From positions 1,184,001-1,248,000 of the forward strand of contig OZ253375.1 of the NCBI GenBank assembly GCA_965261005.1: DNA of 64,000 nt. The letters are read 5' to 3'. This DNA is from Deinococcus sp. (GTDB lineage: Bacteria; Deinococcota; Deinococci; Deinococcales; Deinococcaceae). A program made the position numbers and the translations under genes. Positions 1-10,392 of this stretch are shown here, in pieces. Each line of letters begins with the position of its first letter. Position 1 is the first letter of the stretch. The notes under the pieces were generated by a model. It saw only the letters and a program-made list of their open reading frames with translations, was not told the origin of the DNA and made no database searches.

Positions 1-1
1 C

Positions 2-460
2 GTGCGCGTCGGCCTGATTGCGGACACGCACGGGCTGCTGCGGGAGCAGGCCGTGGCAGCGCTGCGCGGCAGCGAGCTGATCCTGCACGCCGGGGATGTG
101 GGCGGGCCGGAGCTTCTGGAGCGTCTGCGCGACCTCGCCCCGACCCTGTGCGTGCGCGGCAACACCGACCGGGGCGAGTGGGCGCGCAAAGCGCCGCAGA
201 CGCTGACCCACGAGGTTGGCGGCGTCAAGCTGTTCATGCTGCACGACCTTGGGGCGCTCGACTTCTCCCCCGAGGAGGCCGGCTTTGGGGTCGTGGTCAG
301 CGGGCACTCGCACGTGCCGAAGGTCTTCGAGCGGGCCGGCGCGCTCTACGTCAACCCCGGCAGCGCGGGCCGGCGGCGTTTCAAGCTGCCGGTGAGCGTG
401 GCCGTGCTGGACATCGGAGGCGGGCAGGTTCGGGCCGAACTCATCCCCTTGGAGACGTAG
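2..460 (+). CDS. YfcE/MJ0936-family metallophosphoesterase (start may lie at the window edge)
   Basis: Calcineurin-like motifs DTH, HAGD, VRGNTD, SGHSH and NPGSAG. Confidence 0.85.
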   Translation: MRVGLIADTHGLLREQAVAALRGSELILHAGDVGGPELLERLRDLAPTLCVRGNTDRGEWARKAPQTLTHEVGGVKLFMLHDLGALDFSPEEAGFGVVVSGHSHVPKVFERAGALYVNPGSAGRRRFKLPVSVAVLDIGGGQVRAELIPLET

Positions 461-500
461 CTCGCGCGCCAACCCCGTATGCTGAGCGCAGGAGGTTTCC

Positions 501-692
501 ATGAGCGAACCGGACCCGTCCGCGCCCCAAGCGGCGGAGCCGCAGCACCGACCCGAGGGCGGCCATCCCAGCGGCGCCGACATCGAGGAGGTGCTGCGCG
601 AAGACGACGTGGCCGAGCTGCCGCCCGCCCGCGAGGGCGTGGACAAAAGCTCGCCGGTCATTCCCCGCACCGGCGAGACGCACCAGCACTGA
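501..692 (+). CDS. small hypothetical protein
   Basis: AGGAGG RBS upstream of ATG; 63-aa acidic ORF. Confidence 0.55.
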   Translation: MSEPDPSAPQAAEPQHRPEGGHPSGADIEEVLREDDVAELPPAREGVDKSSPVIPRTGETHQH

Positions 693-802
693 GCGCCATT
701 CTGGGTGGCGGCGAACAAAGTAAACGCGGGGTCTAGCCTTTTTGAACGCCGCTTTGAACCGCCTCGCGGTCTTTTCACGAGTTGGCCAGAAACACTGGGG
801 GC

Positions 803-1054
803 ATGACCCAGCCACAACGCGGGGGCCGCTTTTCCGTCACCACCCGTATCGGCGTGGCCGTGTTCGCCGGCGTCTTTTTGCTGGCGCTGGCCATCTACTC
901 GCTCTACAGCCTGATCACCGTCCCCATGCCCGCCACCACCACCGCAACCCTGGTAAGCTGCCTTCAGACCAAGAACATTCCCTTCACCCAGAGCGGCGAC
1001 ACCGTCTACGTGCAGTACCGCTACAGCCGCTCTGCGCAGCGGGCGTGCTACTGA
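803..1054 (+). CDS. small membrane protein
   Basis: One hydrophobic helix (IGVAVFAGVFLLALAIYSLYSLI); ATG 803 chosen. Confidence 0.55.
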   Translation: MTQPQRGGRFSVTTRIGVAVFAGVFLLALAIYSLYSLITVPMPATTTATLVSCLQTKNIPFTQSGDTVYVQYRYSRSAQRACY

Positions 1055-1085
1055 CGGCGAATGGCGAATACGCTACCGTAGCGGC

Positions 1086-1364
1086 ATGTCCCCCAACAGC
1101 GACGCGCCGCAGCCGGACACCATAGCCCCCGGAACCACGGCTCCTGCCGGCGAGACGACCGATTCCTACGCCCGCAAGCTGAGCCTCGCCTTGATGAGCG
1201 TGCTGCGCGACAAGGGGCTGCTCGACGACGCGGACCTCCACACCATTTTGATGGCGGTGGACCGCAGCGTGCGCGCCGAACGCGAGGCGCTCGCGGGGCG
1301 GTCCCCCAAGGTCAACCCCGGCCCGCCCGCCGGCAGCCCGCCCCCGATTGACATGGAACTGTAA
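1086..1364 (+). CDS. hypothetical protein
   Basis: 92-aa ORF with TACCGT 6 nt upstream of ATG; host-like codon use. Confidence 0.55.
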   Translation: MSPNSDAPQPDTIAPGTTAPAGETTDSYARKLSLALMSVLRDKGLLDDADLHTILMAVDRSVRAEREALAGRSPKVNPGPPAGSPPPIDMEL

Positions 1365-1382
1365 ATTGGCTGGGCCTCAAGC

Positions 1383-2549
1383 TCATGGGCGGTAGCGTTG
1401 ATAGCGCCTCACCCAGCGGCCGTCCACGGCGTGCTTGAGGCCCAGCAGCGGCGGGCCGCGCAGCCACAGCGGGCCGGCCGCCAGCACGCCCTCGGGGCGG
1501 CCGGTGGAGAGGATGTACGACGCCAGCGGGTACGGGCGAAAGGGGGCCAGGCGCACGCCGCTGGGGTCGGCGCCGCGCCGCGCCGCCTCCAGCAGCCGGT
1601 CCACGTTATGGCGCAGGGTGTAGCCCTGCTTCACGGCGTTCACGCCCGAGCGGTCGAGCTTGGGCAGGCCCCGCACCGCCACCGCGTCCCCGGCCGCCAA
1701 CAGCCAGGGGTGGCCCGGCACGCGCAAATCGCGCTCCACCCGCAGAAAGCCCTTTTGGTCGTGCGGGAGGCCCGCCCGCGCAAACAGCGGTTGGCCCGCC
1801 GTGCCGGTGGCCCACACGGTCAGGTCTTGCGGCAGCCGCCCGCCGTCCTTGAGAACCACGGCGCCCCCTTCAATTCTCGCCACGGGGCTGTTCAGGCGCA
1901 CGTCCACGCCGCCCTCGCGCAACAAGCTCAGCAGGTGTGCGCCCATGCCGGCGGGGAACTGCGGGGTCAGGCGGTCGTCGGCGGCGATCAGGCTGACCCG
2001 CACCGCCCCTTCCCGCGCGCCGCGCAGGCGGGCCGCCACGTTGAGGGCCAACTCGACCCCGGCCGGTCCGCCGCCGACGATGACCAGCGAGCGCGGCAGT
2101 CCCGCACTCAACCTCCCCTGCCCCAGCACGTCGCGCAGCCAAGCCTCGACGCGCTCCACGTGGCGAATCGGCTTGGTCGGGGCGGCCCCCTCGGCCTGGT
2201 CCCGCAGCGGGTTCAGGGCGCCAATGTCAAACACCGCGAGGTCACACCGGACCTCCTCGCCGCCCTCAAGGCGCACCGAGCGCCGACCGGGGTCCAGGGC
2301 GACTGCGCGGCCCGGCAGGTAGGCCACGCCCGCCGCCAAGCACCAGCGCAGCAGGTCAATGCGCAACTCGTCCAAATCGAACACGCCGCCCAAGTGTTCG
2401 GGCATGCGGCCCGAGTAATACAGAAAGCGGTCGTCGTTGACCAGCGTGACCCGCACGCCGGCCCTAATCCAGCGGCGCGTCCCCGCCAGCACGGCAATGG
2501 TCGCGTGGCCCCCGCCGACGATCAGCAGGTGCGGTGGCCCGGCCGGCAC
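1383..2549 (-). CDS. FAD-dependent pyridine nucleotide-disulfide oxidoreductase (NDH-2/SelD N-domain-like)
   Basis: Two Rossmann motifs (IVGGGHA, VIVGGGPAGVELA), YSG motif, LAAGDA. Confidence 0.8.
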   Translation of the reverse strand: MPAGPPHLLIVGGGHATIAVLAGTRRWIRAGVRVTLVNDDRFLYYSGRMPEHLGGVFDLDELRIDLLRWCLAAGVAYLPGRAVALDPGRRSVRLEGGEEVRCDLAVFDIGALNPLRDQAEGAAPTKPIRHVERVEAWLRDVLGQGRLSAGLPRSLVIVGGGPAGVELALNVAARLRGAREGAVRVSLIAADDRLTPQFPAGMGAHLLSLLREGGVDVRLNSPVARIEGGAVVLKDGGRLPQDLTVWATGTAGQPLFARAGLPHDQKGFLRVERDLRVPGHPWLLAAGDAVAVRGLPKLDRSGVNAVKQGYTLRHNVDRLLEAARRGADPSGVRLAPFRPYPLASYILSTGRPEGVLAAGPLWLRGPPLLGLKHAVDGRWVRRYQRYRP

Positions 2550-2552
2550 GAA

Positions 2553-2744
2553 TCAGCCGTCCTCGTTGTCCAACTCAATGCCCTGCTTGGGTTCCCGGCT
2601 TTGCAGCAGCTTGGCCGCCTGCTCGGTGGGCGTCTGGTTACCCTCGCCCCGCGCCTCTTCCCCGCTGGGCGCGGTGGCATTGGGTACGGTGGACTGCACG
2701 ATCTCGCCCTCTTGCCGCCCCGTCTCGTTCTCCGCGTCGTTCAT
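2553..2744 (-). CDS. small hypothetical protein
   Basis: AAAGGAGG RBS upstream; 63-aa acidic ORF. Confidence 0.5.
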   Translation of the reverse strand: MNDAENETGRQEGEIVQSTVPNATAPSGEEARGEGNQTPTEQAAKLLQSREPKQGIELDNEDG

Positions 2745-2820
2745 GTCGCCTCCTTTTGCGGCAGTCTGGCCCAGGGCGCCCGCACACGGGTCAGAGCCGC
2801 ATGAAGCCGGACTTCACCCG

Positions 2821-4143
2821 TCAACTGTTTTGACCGGCCAGGTGTTCCGGCCAATCGAAGGGGAGCGCCACCCGCGCCCGCGTGCCGCCGCCTTCCCTGG
2901 CCTCCAGACGCACCCGGCCGCCGTGCGACTCGGCGACCTCGCGCACCACCGCCAGCCCCAGCCCGAAGCCCTCGGTCCGGTCGGCGCTGCCCACCTCGCC
3001 GCGCCGAAACGGCTCGAACAGCGCGTCCGTGCCGGCGGGCAGGCCCACGCCGGTGTCCTCGACGATCAGCTCGGCGCCCAGCGCCTGCTTGATGACCTGC
3101 ACGCGCACCTCGCCCCGCGCGGTGAACTTGAGCGCGTTGCCCACCAGGTTCTCAATCAGGCGGGTGAGCAGGGCGGAATCGGCGCGGATCACGGCCGGGT
3201 CGCCGCCCAGCAGCAGATCGAGGCCCTTGCCCACCGCCAGCGGCTGCAAGCGGTCCACCACGTCGCCCGCCACCGCCAGCACGTCGGTCGGCATGCGCTC
3301 GGGCGCGCGGCCCGCCCGCGTGAGCGTGAGCAAGTCGGCGGTCAATTCGCGCAGGCGGGTGGCCGAGCGGGCCGCGCGCCCCAGGGCCGCGCGCTGCTCC
3401 GGCTCGGGACGCGGCCGGGACAGGGTCAGCTCCAAGTCGGCCAGCAGCGCCGTGACCGGGGTGCGCAGCTCGTGCGAGGCATTGGCCAGAAAGCGCGCTT
3501 CGCGCTCGCGCTGCTCGCGCAACTCGGCGAAGCTGAGGTCGAGGGCGCGCGCGAGGTCGCCCACCTCGTCGCCGGCGCCCAAATTGGGCACCGGCTCGAC
3601 TGCCGTGGGCCGCCGCACCCGCCCGGCCAATTGTTCGAGCGGCGCCAGCGCGCGGCGCACCGCGTAGGCCGTGACGGCCCCGGCGAGGGCGGCCAGCATC
3701 AGGCCGCTCAGGGCCACCGCCGCCGTGTAGCGCGCGATGGTGCGCCGCAGCGGGGTCACGCTGCGCGCCACGACCACCCGCAGCGGGCCGGCCTCGCGGC
3801 TGGCAACCACGAAGCCGCCGCGAACGAGAACGCCGCTGCCCGCCGGCGCCAAGGCGCGCAGGCTGGCGTTCACCGCGCCGCCCGACCACACCTGGCGGCC
3901 CGCCAGGTACACCGCCGCCCCGGGCGCCACCCCGCCCCGGTACAGCACAGCCGCCGCCCCCGGCAAGGTGGCGCCGGCGCCGCCGGCCAGCGCGAACAGC
4001 GCCTCGGCCTGAGCGCGCACCTCCGCGCGCACGGCGTCCACCTCCGCGCGCCACAGCAGGGCGCCCGTCAGCGTCGCGAGGCCCAGCAAGGTAAGCAGCG
4101 TGACCCCGACCGAGAGCAGCGTGAGCTTGGCGCGCAGCTTCAT
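2821..4143 (-). CDS. membrane sensor histidine kinase (HAMP-HisKA-HATPase)
   Basis: Two TM helices, H-box ASHELRTP, N-box NLVGNALKF, G1 EDTGVG, G2 GFGLGL. Confidence 0.93.
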   Translation of the reverse strand: MKLRAKLTLLSVGVTLLTLLGLATLTGALLWRAEVDAVRAEVRAQAEALFALAGGAGATLPGAAAVLYRGGVAPGAAVYLAGRQVWSGGAVNASLRALAPAGSGVLVRGGFVVASREAGPLRVVVARSVTPLRRTIARYTAAVALSGLMLAALAGAVTAYAVRRALAPLEQLAGRVRRPTAVEPVPNLGAGDEVGDLARALDLSFAELREQREREARFLANASHELRTPVTALLADLELTLSRPRPEPEQRAALGRAARSATRLRELTADLLTLTRAGRAPERMPTDVLAVAGDVVDRLQPLAVGKGLDLLLGGDPAVIRADSALLTRLIENLVGNALKFTARGEVRVQVIKQALGAELIVEDTGVGLPAGTDALFEPFRRGEVGSADRTEGFGLGLAVVREVAESHGGRVRLEAREGGGTRARVALPFDWPEHLAGQNS

Positions 4144-4217
4144 GGGGACAAGCTAGCGCTGCAAGAAGGATTGCTTTGTCGGGAACATCCGTGGGTGTGG
4201 GGAGTCTTGAACATTTT

Positions 4218-7200
4218 TCAGCCCTGAGGAGAAACGAGCCGCTCATAAACCTGCTTCGCCAGGGCCTCACTGATGGCTGACCTGAACTCATTTTCACCCA
4301 TGAACCGAGAAAAAATTTCCTCGTTGGTGTCCATGCGCTCAATAAACAGCGCTTCCAGAAGTTGTTTGAACACCAGTTGAAACTTCTCCAACGTGTTCGC
4401 CCGGGCCACCTGCTCAAGCTGCCCGTCGCGCACGGCGGCCTCAACGATCTGATCGAAGAAGAGCTGATCGGCCTCGTTGAAATCGGTGCCGAAGCGGTCG
4501 TTGATTAGGCTAATGAGCTTGGAAAGCTGAACCGCCTCGTCTTTGACCACGCCTGTTCCCACTTCGCCAGGACCGCTTAAGCTGGCGGCACGGCCCCCCG
4601 ACAAGTCAATAGACCCCTCGCTGATTTTCTGGAGGCGGAAGTATTCCAGCCTGATCTGTTCGTCAAATTGATAGCCTGCTCCCACCGCGCGGCGCGGCAG
4701 TTTAAGGGCCAGGTAGCGCAGGTACACGTAAAGCTGCTCCAGGTCGCCGTCTTGATAGGGGATGATCTGAGACAGGAAGCCGTATAGGTTACGAAACGCC
4801 TGCACCTGCCCCCGCCACAGCTCTGCATCTTCTGCATGGTTTTTGAGCAGCGCCGCGAAACGGTCCACGGCGGGATCGAGCAGGGCGTTCAGGGCGCGGT
4901 GATCCGCCGGACTTTGGCGCGGGCGGGGCCGAAAATAAATCTCGGCAAAGCGCTCTACCTCGGACAGGAGGAAAATTCCCCGGTCACTCAGCTTGGCCTG
5001 CAATTCGTACAGATGGGCGGGTTCCACCTCGTCGCCCATCTCTGCGCCCTCGTAAAACTGCTTGAACGCCTCGTGCATGTCCTCGCGCTTGTTGATGAAA
5101 TCCAGCACGAAGGTGTCTTCCTTAAGCGGATGCACACGGTTGAGCCGTGAGAGCGTTTGCACCGCCTGAATGCCGCCCAAGCGCTTGTTGATGTACATGG
5201 AATGCAGCAGCGGCTCGTCAAAGCCCGTCTGGTACTTCTCGGCCACCAACAGCAACTGATATTCCTCCGAGGCGAAGCGTTCGGGCAGTTCGCGCTCGCG
5301 GATGCCGCCGTTCATCTCCGGTTCGGTGTACGTCTTGCCCAGAATCTGATCGTCCAGCACCGTGCCCGAAAAGGCCACCAGCGTCCTGATAGGATAGCCC
5401 TTCTCACGGATGTACCGATCAAAGCTCTGCTTGAAGCGCACGGCTTCCAAGCGTGACGCCGTGACCACCATCGCCTTGGCCCGCCCGCCGATCTTGTGGC
5501 GGGTCACCGCTTGAAAGTGCTCCACGATAATCTCGGTTTTCTGCGCGACGTTGTGCGGATGAAGTCGCATGTAGCGTGCCAGCGCCCTGGCCGCTTTTTT
5601 GCGCTCGACGTTCGGATCGTCCTCGGTGGCCTTGAGCAGCTTGTAATACGCCTTGTAAGTCGTGTAATTCCACAGCACGTCCAGAATGAAGCCCTCGTCA
5701 ATGGCTTGGCGCATGGTGTATCGGTCGTACGGTTCGCCGGCCTGCCCAAACACCGCCAGCGTTTTGTATTTGGGCGTGGCCGTGAACGCAAAAAAGCTCA
5801 GGTTGGCCTGCTGGCCGCGCCGCGCCATGCTGCGGTACAGCTCTGAAAGATCCGGCCGCCCTTCCCCCTGCGCTTCACGTCGGGCCGCGTCCAGCATGTC
5901 CTCACCGCCCAGCACGCCCTTCAGGTCAGTGGCCGTCTCGCCCGATTGAGAACTATGCGCCTCGTCAATAATCACCGCGTAGCGCCGGGTGGGCAGCAGG
6001 CCAGAGACGGCCTCGCCGCGCTCCTCGGCCAGCTTCAAGAGTTGCTGAGACACGAACGGAAACTTTTGCAGCGTCGTGATGATGATCGGCACGCCGCCTT
6101 CCAGCGCCCACGCCAGTTGCCGTGAGTCTGAGTCAATCTTCAGCACCACACCCTGCCGGTGCTCAAACTGGTAGATGGTGTCCTGCAACTGCTTGTCCAG
6201 CACCAAGCGATCCGTGATCACCACCACGCTGTCAAACACCCGCGCGTCACTTGCCGTGTGCAGCGACGACAGGCGGTGGGCCAGCCAGGCAATCGTATTG
6301 CTCTTGCCGCTGCCCGCCGAATGCTCAATGAGGTAGTTGTGCCCCACACCCTGCGCGACCGCGTCGGCCACCAAACGCCGCACCGCCCGCAACTGGTGAT
6401 AACGCGGAAAGATCATGCTCTCGGCCCGCACCTTCTTGCCGTCGGGGGTGAAGCGCTCCTTGACCTGAAGGTGCAAGAAGCGCGCCAGGATGTCCAGCAG
6501 GCTGTCGCGCGCCAGCACCTCTTCCCAGAGGTACGCCGTGCGGTAATCGCGCCCCTCTCTATCCGGCGGATTGCCCGCGCCGCCGCCGTTGCCCCGGTTA
6601 AACGGCAAAAACTGGGTGGCGTCCCCGGCCAGGCGCGTGGTCATCTGCACCGTGTCGGGGTCGGCGGCAAAATGCACCAGCGTCCGCTTGCCAAAGTCAA
6701 ACAGGCGCTCTCTTGGATCGCGGTCACGGCGGTACTGCGCCACGGCGTCGGCGGTGGTCTGCCCGGTGATGGGATTCTTGAGTTCCACCGTCACCACAGG
6801 CAGGCCATTGACCGACAGCACCAGGTCAAGCGACTCCCCACCGCTGGGGCTGTAGCGAAGCTGGCGCGTCAGGCCCAAGCGGTTGCGCCCGTAGCGCTCG
6901 GCCAGTTCGGGGTTCAGGCCATGCGCCGCCCGGAAGTAGGCCACCCGCAGCGTGCGCCCGTAGCACTTGAAGCCGTGACGCAAGGTGGAGAGCATCCCGT
7001 GACCATCCAGCCAGCGCACCAAATCGCCCAACACCCGTTCGCCCGTTTGCTCGCCGTGCAGGGCCTCCAGCTTGGCCCAGGTCTGCGGCTGGGTGGCCCG
7101 GATAAAGTCCAGAACCGCCGCCGGAAACAGCGCCCGTTCGTGGTCATAGCCTTCACGCGGTTGAACGATGTAGCCGCCCGCCAGCAGGGTCTGTTCGAGG

Positions 7201-7235
7201 GCCGATTCAAAGGCGGCTTCGGAGTGAACGGTCAT
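4218..7235 (-). CDS. hsdR: type I restriction endonuclease subunit R
   Basis: Nuclease motif DLVL..VELKNP..QY, Walker A HSAGSGKS, DEAH, FTATPK, QTGFD, QTLSRLNR; 1005 aa. Confidence 0.95.
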   Translation of the reverse strand: MTVHSEAAFESALEQTLLAGGYIVQPREGYDHERALFPAAVLDFIRATQPQTWAKLEALHGEQTGERVLGDLVRWLDGHGMLSTLRHGFKCYGRTLRVAYFRAAHGLNPELAERYGRNRLGLTRQLRYSPSGGESLDLVLSVNGLPVVTVELKNPITGQTTADAVAQYRRDRDPRERLFDFGKRTLVHFAADPDTVQMTTRLAGDATQFLPFNRGNGGGAGNPPDREGRDYRTAYLWEEVLARDSLLDILARFLHLQVKERFTPDGKKVRAESMIFPRYHQLRAVRRLVADAVAQGVGHNYLIEHSAGSGKSNTIAWLAHRLSSLHTASDARVFDSVVVITDRLVLDKQLQDTIYQFEHRQGVVLKIDSDSRQLAWALEGGVPIIITTLQKFPFVSQQLLKLAEERGEAVSGLLPTRRYAVIIDEAHSSQSGETATDLKGVLGGEDMLDAARREAQGEGRPDLSELYRSMARRGQQANLSFFAFTATPKYKTLAVFGQAGEPYDRYTMRQAIDEGFILDVLWNYTTYKAYYKLLKATEDDPNVERKKAARALARYMRLHPHNVAQKTEIIVEHFQAVTRHKIGGRAKAMVVTASRLEAVRFKQSFDRYIREKGYPIRTLVAFSGTVLDDQILGKTYTEPEMNGGIRERELPERFASEEYQLLLVAEKYQTGFDEPLLHSMYINKRLGGIQAVQTLSRLNRVHPLKEDTFVLDFINKREDMHEAFKQFYEGAEMGDEVEPAHLYELQAKLSDRGIFLLSEVERFAEIYFRPRPRQSPADHRALNALLDPAVDRFAALLKNHAEDAELWRGQVQAFRNLYGFLSQIIPYQDGDLEQLYVYLRYLALKLPRRAVGAGYQFDEQIRLEYFRLQKISEGSIDLSGGRAASLSGPGEVGTGVVKDEAVQLSKLISLINDRFGTDFNEADQLFFDQIVEAAVRDGQLEQVARANTLEKFQLVFKQLLEALFIERMDTNEEIFSRFMGENEFRSAISEALAKQVYERLVSPQG

Positions 7236-7864
7236 ATGGCTCCGTTGGACTTTTTGCGGACATAGTGATACACGATGCCCAAATAAGGCACGAAGTCTGT
7301 TCCCGGTCTATGCCACGCCGCAAATCTTGCCTGCCATTGTGCAGACGTCAAGGCTCCCAGTTTTGGCAGGGCGGCGCGGAAACCATCCAGCGTCGCCCTG
7401 CGATTTCGCTTTAGCTCGTCAAGATTTAAGTTCAACACATCGTCCAACTGAGTGTCTAACTCAGCATCAGTAGACCGAATGGTGCCATCGGGCAAGTAAA
7501 AAATTGCGTGTCCAATGTCATGCCGGGTATCCGAGGGTGTGCGGCACAAATTTCGACTGGCTTTTTTGGTATCGCAATGTTGTAAACGCGGCGACTTGCC
7601 CTGCCCACCCCGGCAAGCTCCCAGTAAGTTTTTGTACTCCAACTCTTTGGCCGGAAATCTAGACTGGGATTGCCAATGCTCAATCTTCATGCCCGTTTCC
7701 GTCGCTTGAATCCGGCCCATGCAGTAACAGCAGATATTCCCTTGCTCTTTCGTGAGCGCGTCGCGCAAATCCTGCTTATTTGAGTAGGCATCGTAACAAG
7801 CGCCTCTCACCGACTTGTAAGCCGTCAACGAGGCGGGCGCACGGCTCTTTCTAATCCGAATCAT
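7232..7864 (-). CDS. HNH endonuclease, PtuB/retron-associated HNH-like
   Basis: EQGNICCYCM, IEHWQSQ, NLLGAC, HCDTKK, LNLN; overlaps the ATPase upstream and hsdR downstream. Confidence 0.85.
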   Translation of the reverse strand: MIRIRKSRAPASLTAYKSVRGACYDAYSNKQDLRDALTKEQGNICCYCMGRIQATETGMKIEHWQSQSRFPAKELEYKNLLGACRGGQGKSPRLQHCDTKKASRNLCRTPSDTRHDIGHAIFYLPDGTIRSTDAELDTQLDDVLNLNLDELKRNRRATLDGFRAALPKLGALTSAQWQARFAAWHRPGTDFVPYLGIVYHYVRKKSNGAI

Positions 7865-9326
7865 GCGGCGTCCCCAACGGCGTCTCTAAAAATCGCATGG
7901 TGGCTTCCAGACTTACCATATCCGGGTTGGTGCCGTTGATCTGCGCCTTGATCTGGTTCAGCTTGGCCCTGGCCGCCGCGAAGTCCTCCGCTTCAACCAG
8001 TTCGCCCGCTGCCTGAATCTCAGCCCGTATCTCCTCGTTGATGCTGTCCGCGCCCATCAAATCCAGAATCATATTGGCGTCTAACCCGATGGTCCGATCT
8101 GGAGTCCAACACATCACACTGCCCGCCCCGTCTTTTTCCAGAAATCGTACCGAGTCGTTCGCCACTTCCCCAATCACCTGCGGCGAATGGCTGGTCACGA
8201 TGAACTGACAGGCCGGGAAAGTTGCTGTCAGCCGCTCCAGCACGCGGCGCTGCCAGCTTGGATGCAGGTGCAGCTCTACCTCGTCAATCAGGACAATGCC
8301 TTCGCCCTGGCCCAGCGGGTCACGCCGCTCAGGATTGGCAAGCACCAGGCGGCGGGTCAGATCAAAGACCAGGCCCAGCAGACCGCGTTCGCCGTCCGAA
8401 AGCTGCCCCAGGCTGAGCCACTGTCCGGCCTTGTTGACCATAAAGCGCAAGCGCGGCTTTTCTTCCAGCTTCAGCGCTGTAAATTCGGGAATCAGTTCGT
8501 TCACCGCTTTTTTCAAGGACCGCAGCAGGGCGTTTCGCTGGCGCTTTGTCGCCGCGTCGTCGTCCTGTTCCAGCCACCTGTACCAGTGCATGAAGTCACG
8601 GAAACTGACATCGCGTTCTTCTAGTGCGTCGTCAAAGGCCCTGGCAACGCCCAGCGGGTTGCCGGCGGGCAACTGACGAAGGTACTTGTCATCACCGCTG
8701 AAGCGGAGCGGCGCGTAATACAACATCAGCGGCTGATTGGCCTGCGCCTGAAAACTTCTGAGCAGGGCCTGAGTTTCGCGCTGGACATCATCCAGGCCAC
8801 CCGTGCGCTGCAACCTCTTCTCGCTTTCAATTTCTTGACGTTGAATATCAGTCTGCAAGTTCTGCAAGACGAGTTGATAGATGTCCCGGTCATCGCCAAG
8901 AGCAAATTCGATGTCCTTTTTTTCTACGTTCAAACGTCTGACCACTGGCCTCAGTTTTGCCTGCCGGGCCTCTTCCATCTCTATTTCGATCTGAGCCAGC
9001 CGCGCCGCCCATTCGGCCCGCCGCGTCTCGTTGGGCCGTACACGTTGCAGCGTGATTCTGGCCGGTTCGCCATGAACCCTCAAGGCCGCGCCAACTTCCA
9101 AGCTGGGTTGCCCTTCTGTGATGTCGTCGTCGCTGAGCGGAACAGCCGAACCCTTGCCCGGCGTCATTTCGGGCAAGGCACGCGAGAACATGACCCGCAA
9201 CGCCTGCAACACGCTGGATTTGCCCACCCCGTTGATCCCGGCGATCACGTTCACCCGCTCATGAAAGTCCATGTCCAGCCGCTCAAAACCCCGAAAGTGG
9301 GTCAGGCTCAGCGATTCAAGTTTCAC
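7851..9326 (-). CDS. ABC-type ATPase, PtuA/Septu-like
   Basis: Walker A GINGVGKSS, signature LSDGE, Walker B LIDEVELHLHP, H-loop TSHSPQ; internal coiled coil. Confidence 0.88.
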   Translation of the reverse strand: MKLESLSLTHFRGFERLDMDFHERVNVIAGINGVGKSSVLQALRVMFSRALPEMTPGKGSAVPLSDDDITEGQPSLEVGAALRVHGEPARITLQRVRPNETRRAEWAARLAQIEIEMEEARQAKLRPVVRRLNVEKKDIEFALGDDRDIYQLVLQNLQTDIQRQEIESEKRLQRTGGLDDVQRETQALLRSFQAQANQPLMLYYAPLRFSGDDKYLRQLPAGNPLGVARAFDDALEERDVSFRDFMHWYRWLEQDDDAATKRQRNALLRSLKKAVNELIPEFTALKLEEKPRLRFMVNKAGQWLSLGQLSDGERGLLGLVFDLTRRLVLANPERRDPLGQGEGIVLIDEVELHLHPSWQRRVLERLTATFPACQFIVTSHSPQVIGEVANDSVRFLEKDGAGSVMCWTPDRTIGLDANMILDLMGADSINEEIRAEIQAAGELVEAEDFAAARAKLNQIKAQINGTNPDMVSLEATMRFLETPLGTPHDSD

Positions 9327-10392
9327 GCCAGCACCTCTGGAAGCTGCCCCGTGACCGCCGCCGTAATCAACGCGCCCCGGCGCTCGCGGAGGAGGGAAAT
9401 AGAAGAATTGAGATCGGATTCTACGCCTGCGTATCGCTGGTCATATAGCTTGATTGATTGTTTGATCGCATCTTGCTCTGTGATTGGTGGAATCAGAATA
9501 ATAAAATTGGCAAGCTGTTCACAAGTAATAGCACCTTTCGTGCCTCCATTGCCCTCACTCTCGTTTCTCAAATACTTGTAAGCAACATCCATCAGTTGGC
9601 TAAGGTAAAAAACGTCCATGCTCTTTATGGGTTTGATATAGGCTAGGTGCTGATTTATCGTTGCTTCAAAGGTTAAAATCGCAGAGCTGCCGCGCGTTTT
9701 CCCCTGACCCGTGATGCCTACCAATACAGCTGGCGGAACGATTCTCGGCAGATGGCATTCAATGAGCGCCAGCTCAGTAACGTACCTAGACGCTTCCTCA
9801 ACGACTTCCTGATTGACCACTGAACTGTTCAGCCAGGGGTAAGTTCCATCTTCCCAGTAAGCAAGGTTCTCCCGGCTTGGCGTGGAGCCATTGCCCACCT
9901 CAGCCACATGCTTGATTCGCCGAACTTCCCAGTGCGCCGGAATCTCCCCCAGCCACGCCAGCCCCGAATCCTTCATCTCTACATCCGGGTTCAGGCCCTT
10001 CGTGACCATCTGGCTGATCTGCGCGGCGCGTTTTTCTTGCAGCAGCGCCAGCATGTGCTCTTTGGCAGCGATCAGGGCGTCAATCTGCGCCGTCTCCCGG
10101 TCAAGGAAATCGGCAATGCGGCGCTGGGTGGGGAGTGGGGGAAGGGGAAGTTCTATAGAACGCAGGTCATCCGCCGACAATTCCATGAATGTGGAACCAC
10201 GCCCCAACACCTGAAGATGCTCTTTGATGCTCAACAAGGTGTAGTAATAAAATCGCTCGTTGACGCCAGGCTTAGGCGTGAGCAAAAAGCAGCCCTGATT
10301 ACAGGCGGCATGAACGCCAAGGATGGCTGTTTGTCCAATGGGCGCTCGTTTGGATAGCACCAAAGAGCCAGGATCAGCGAGACTAGTGCCGC

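Noticed and set aside
7232..9326. Retron system
   Set aside because: No reverse transcriptase ORF and no intergenic room for msr-msd, since all junctions overlap.
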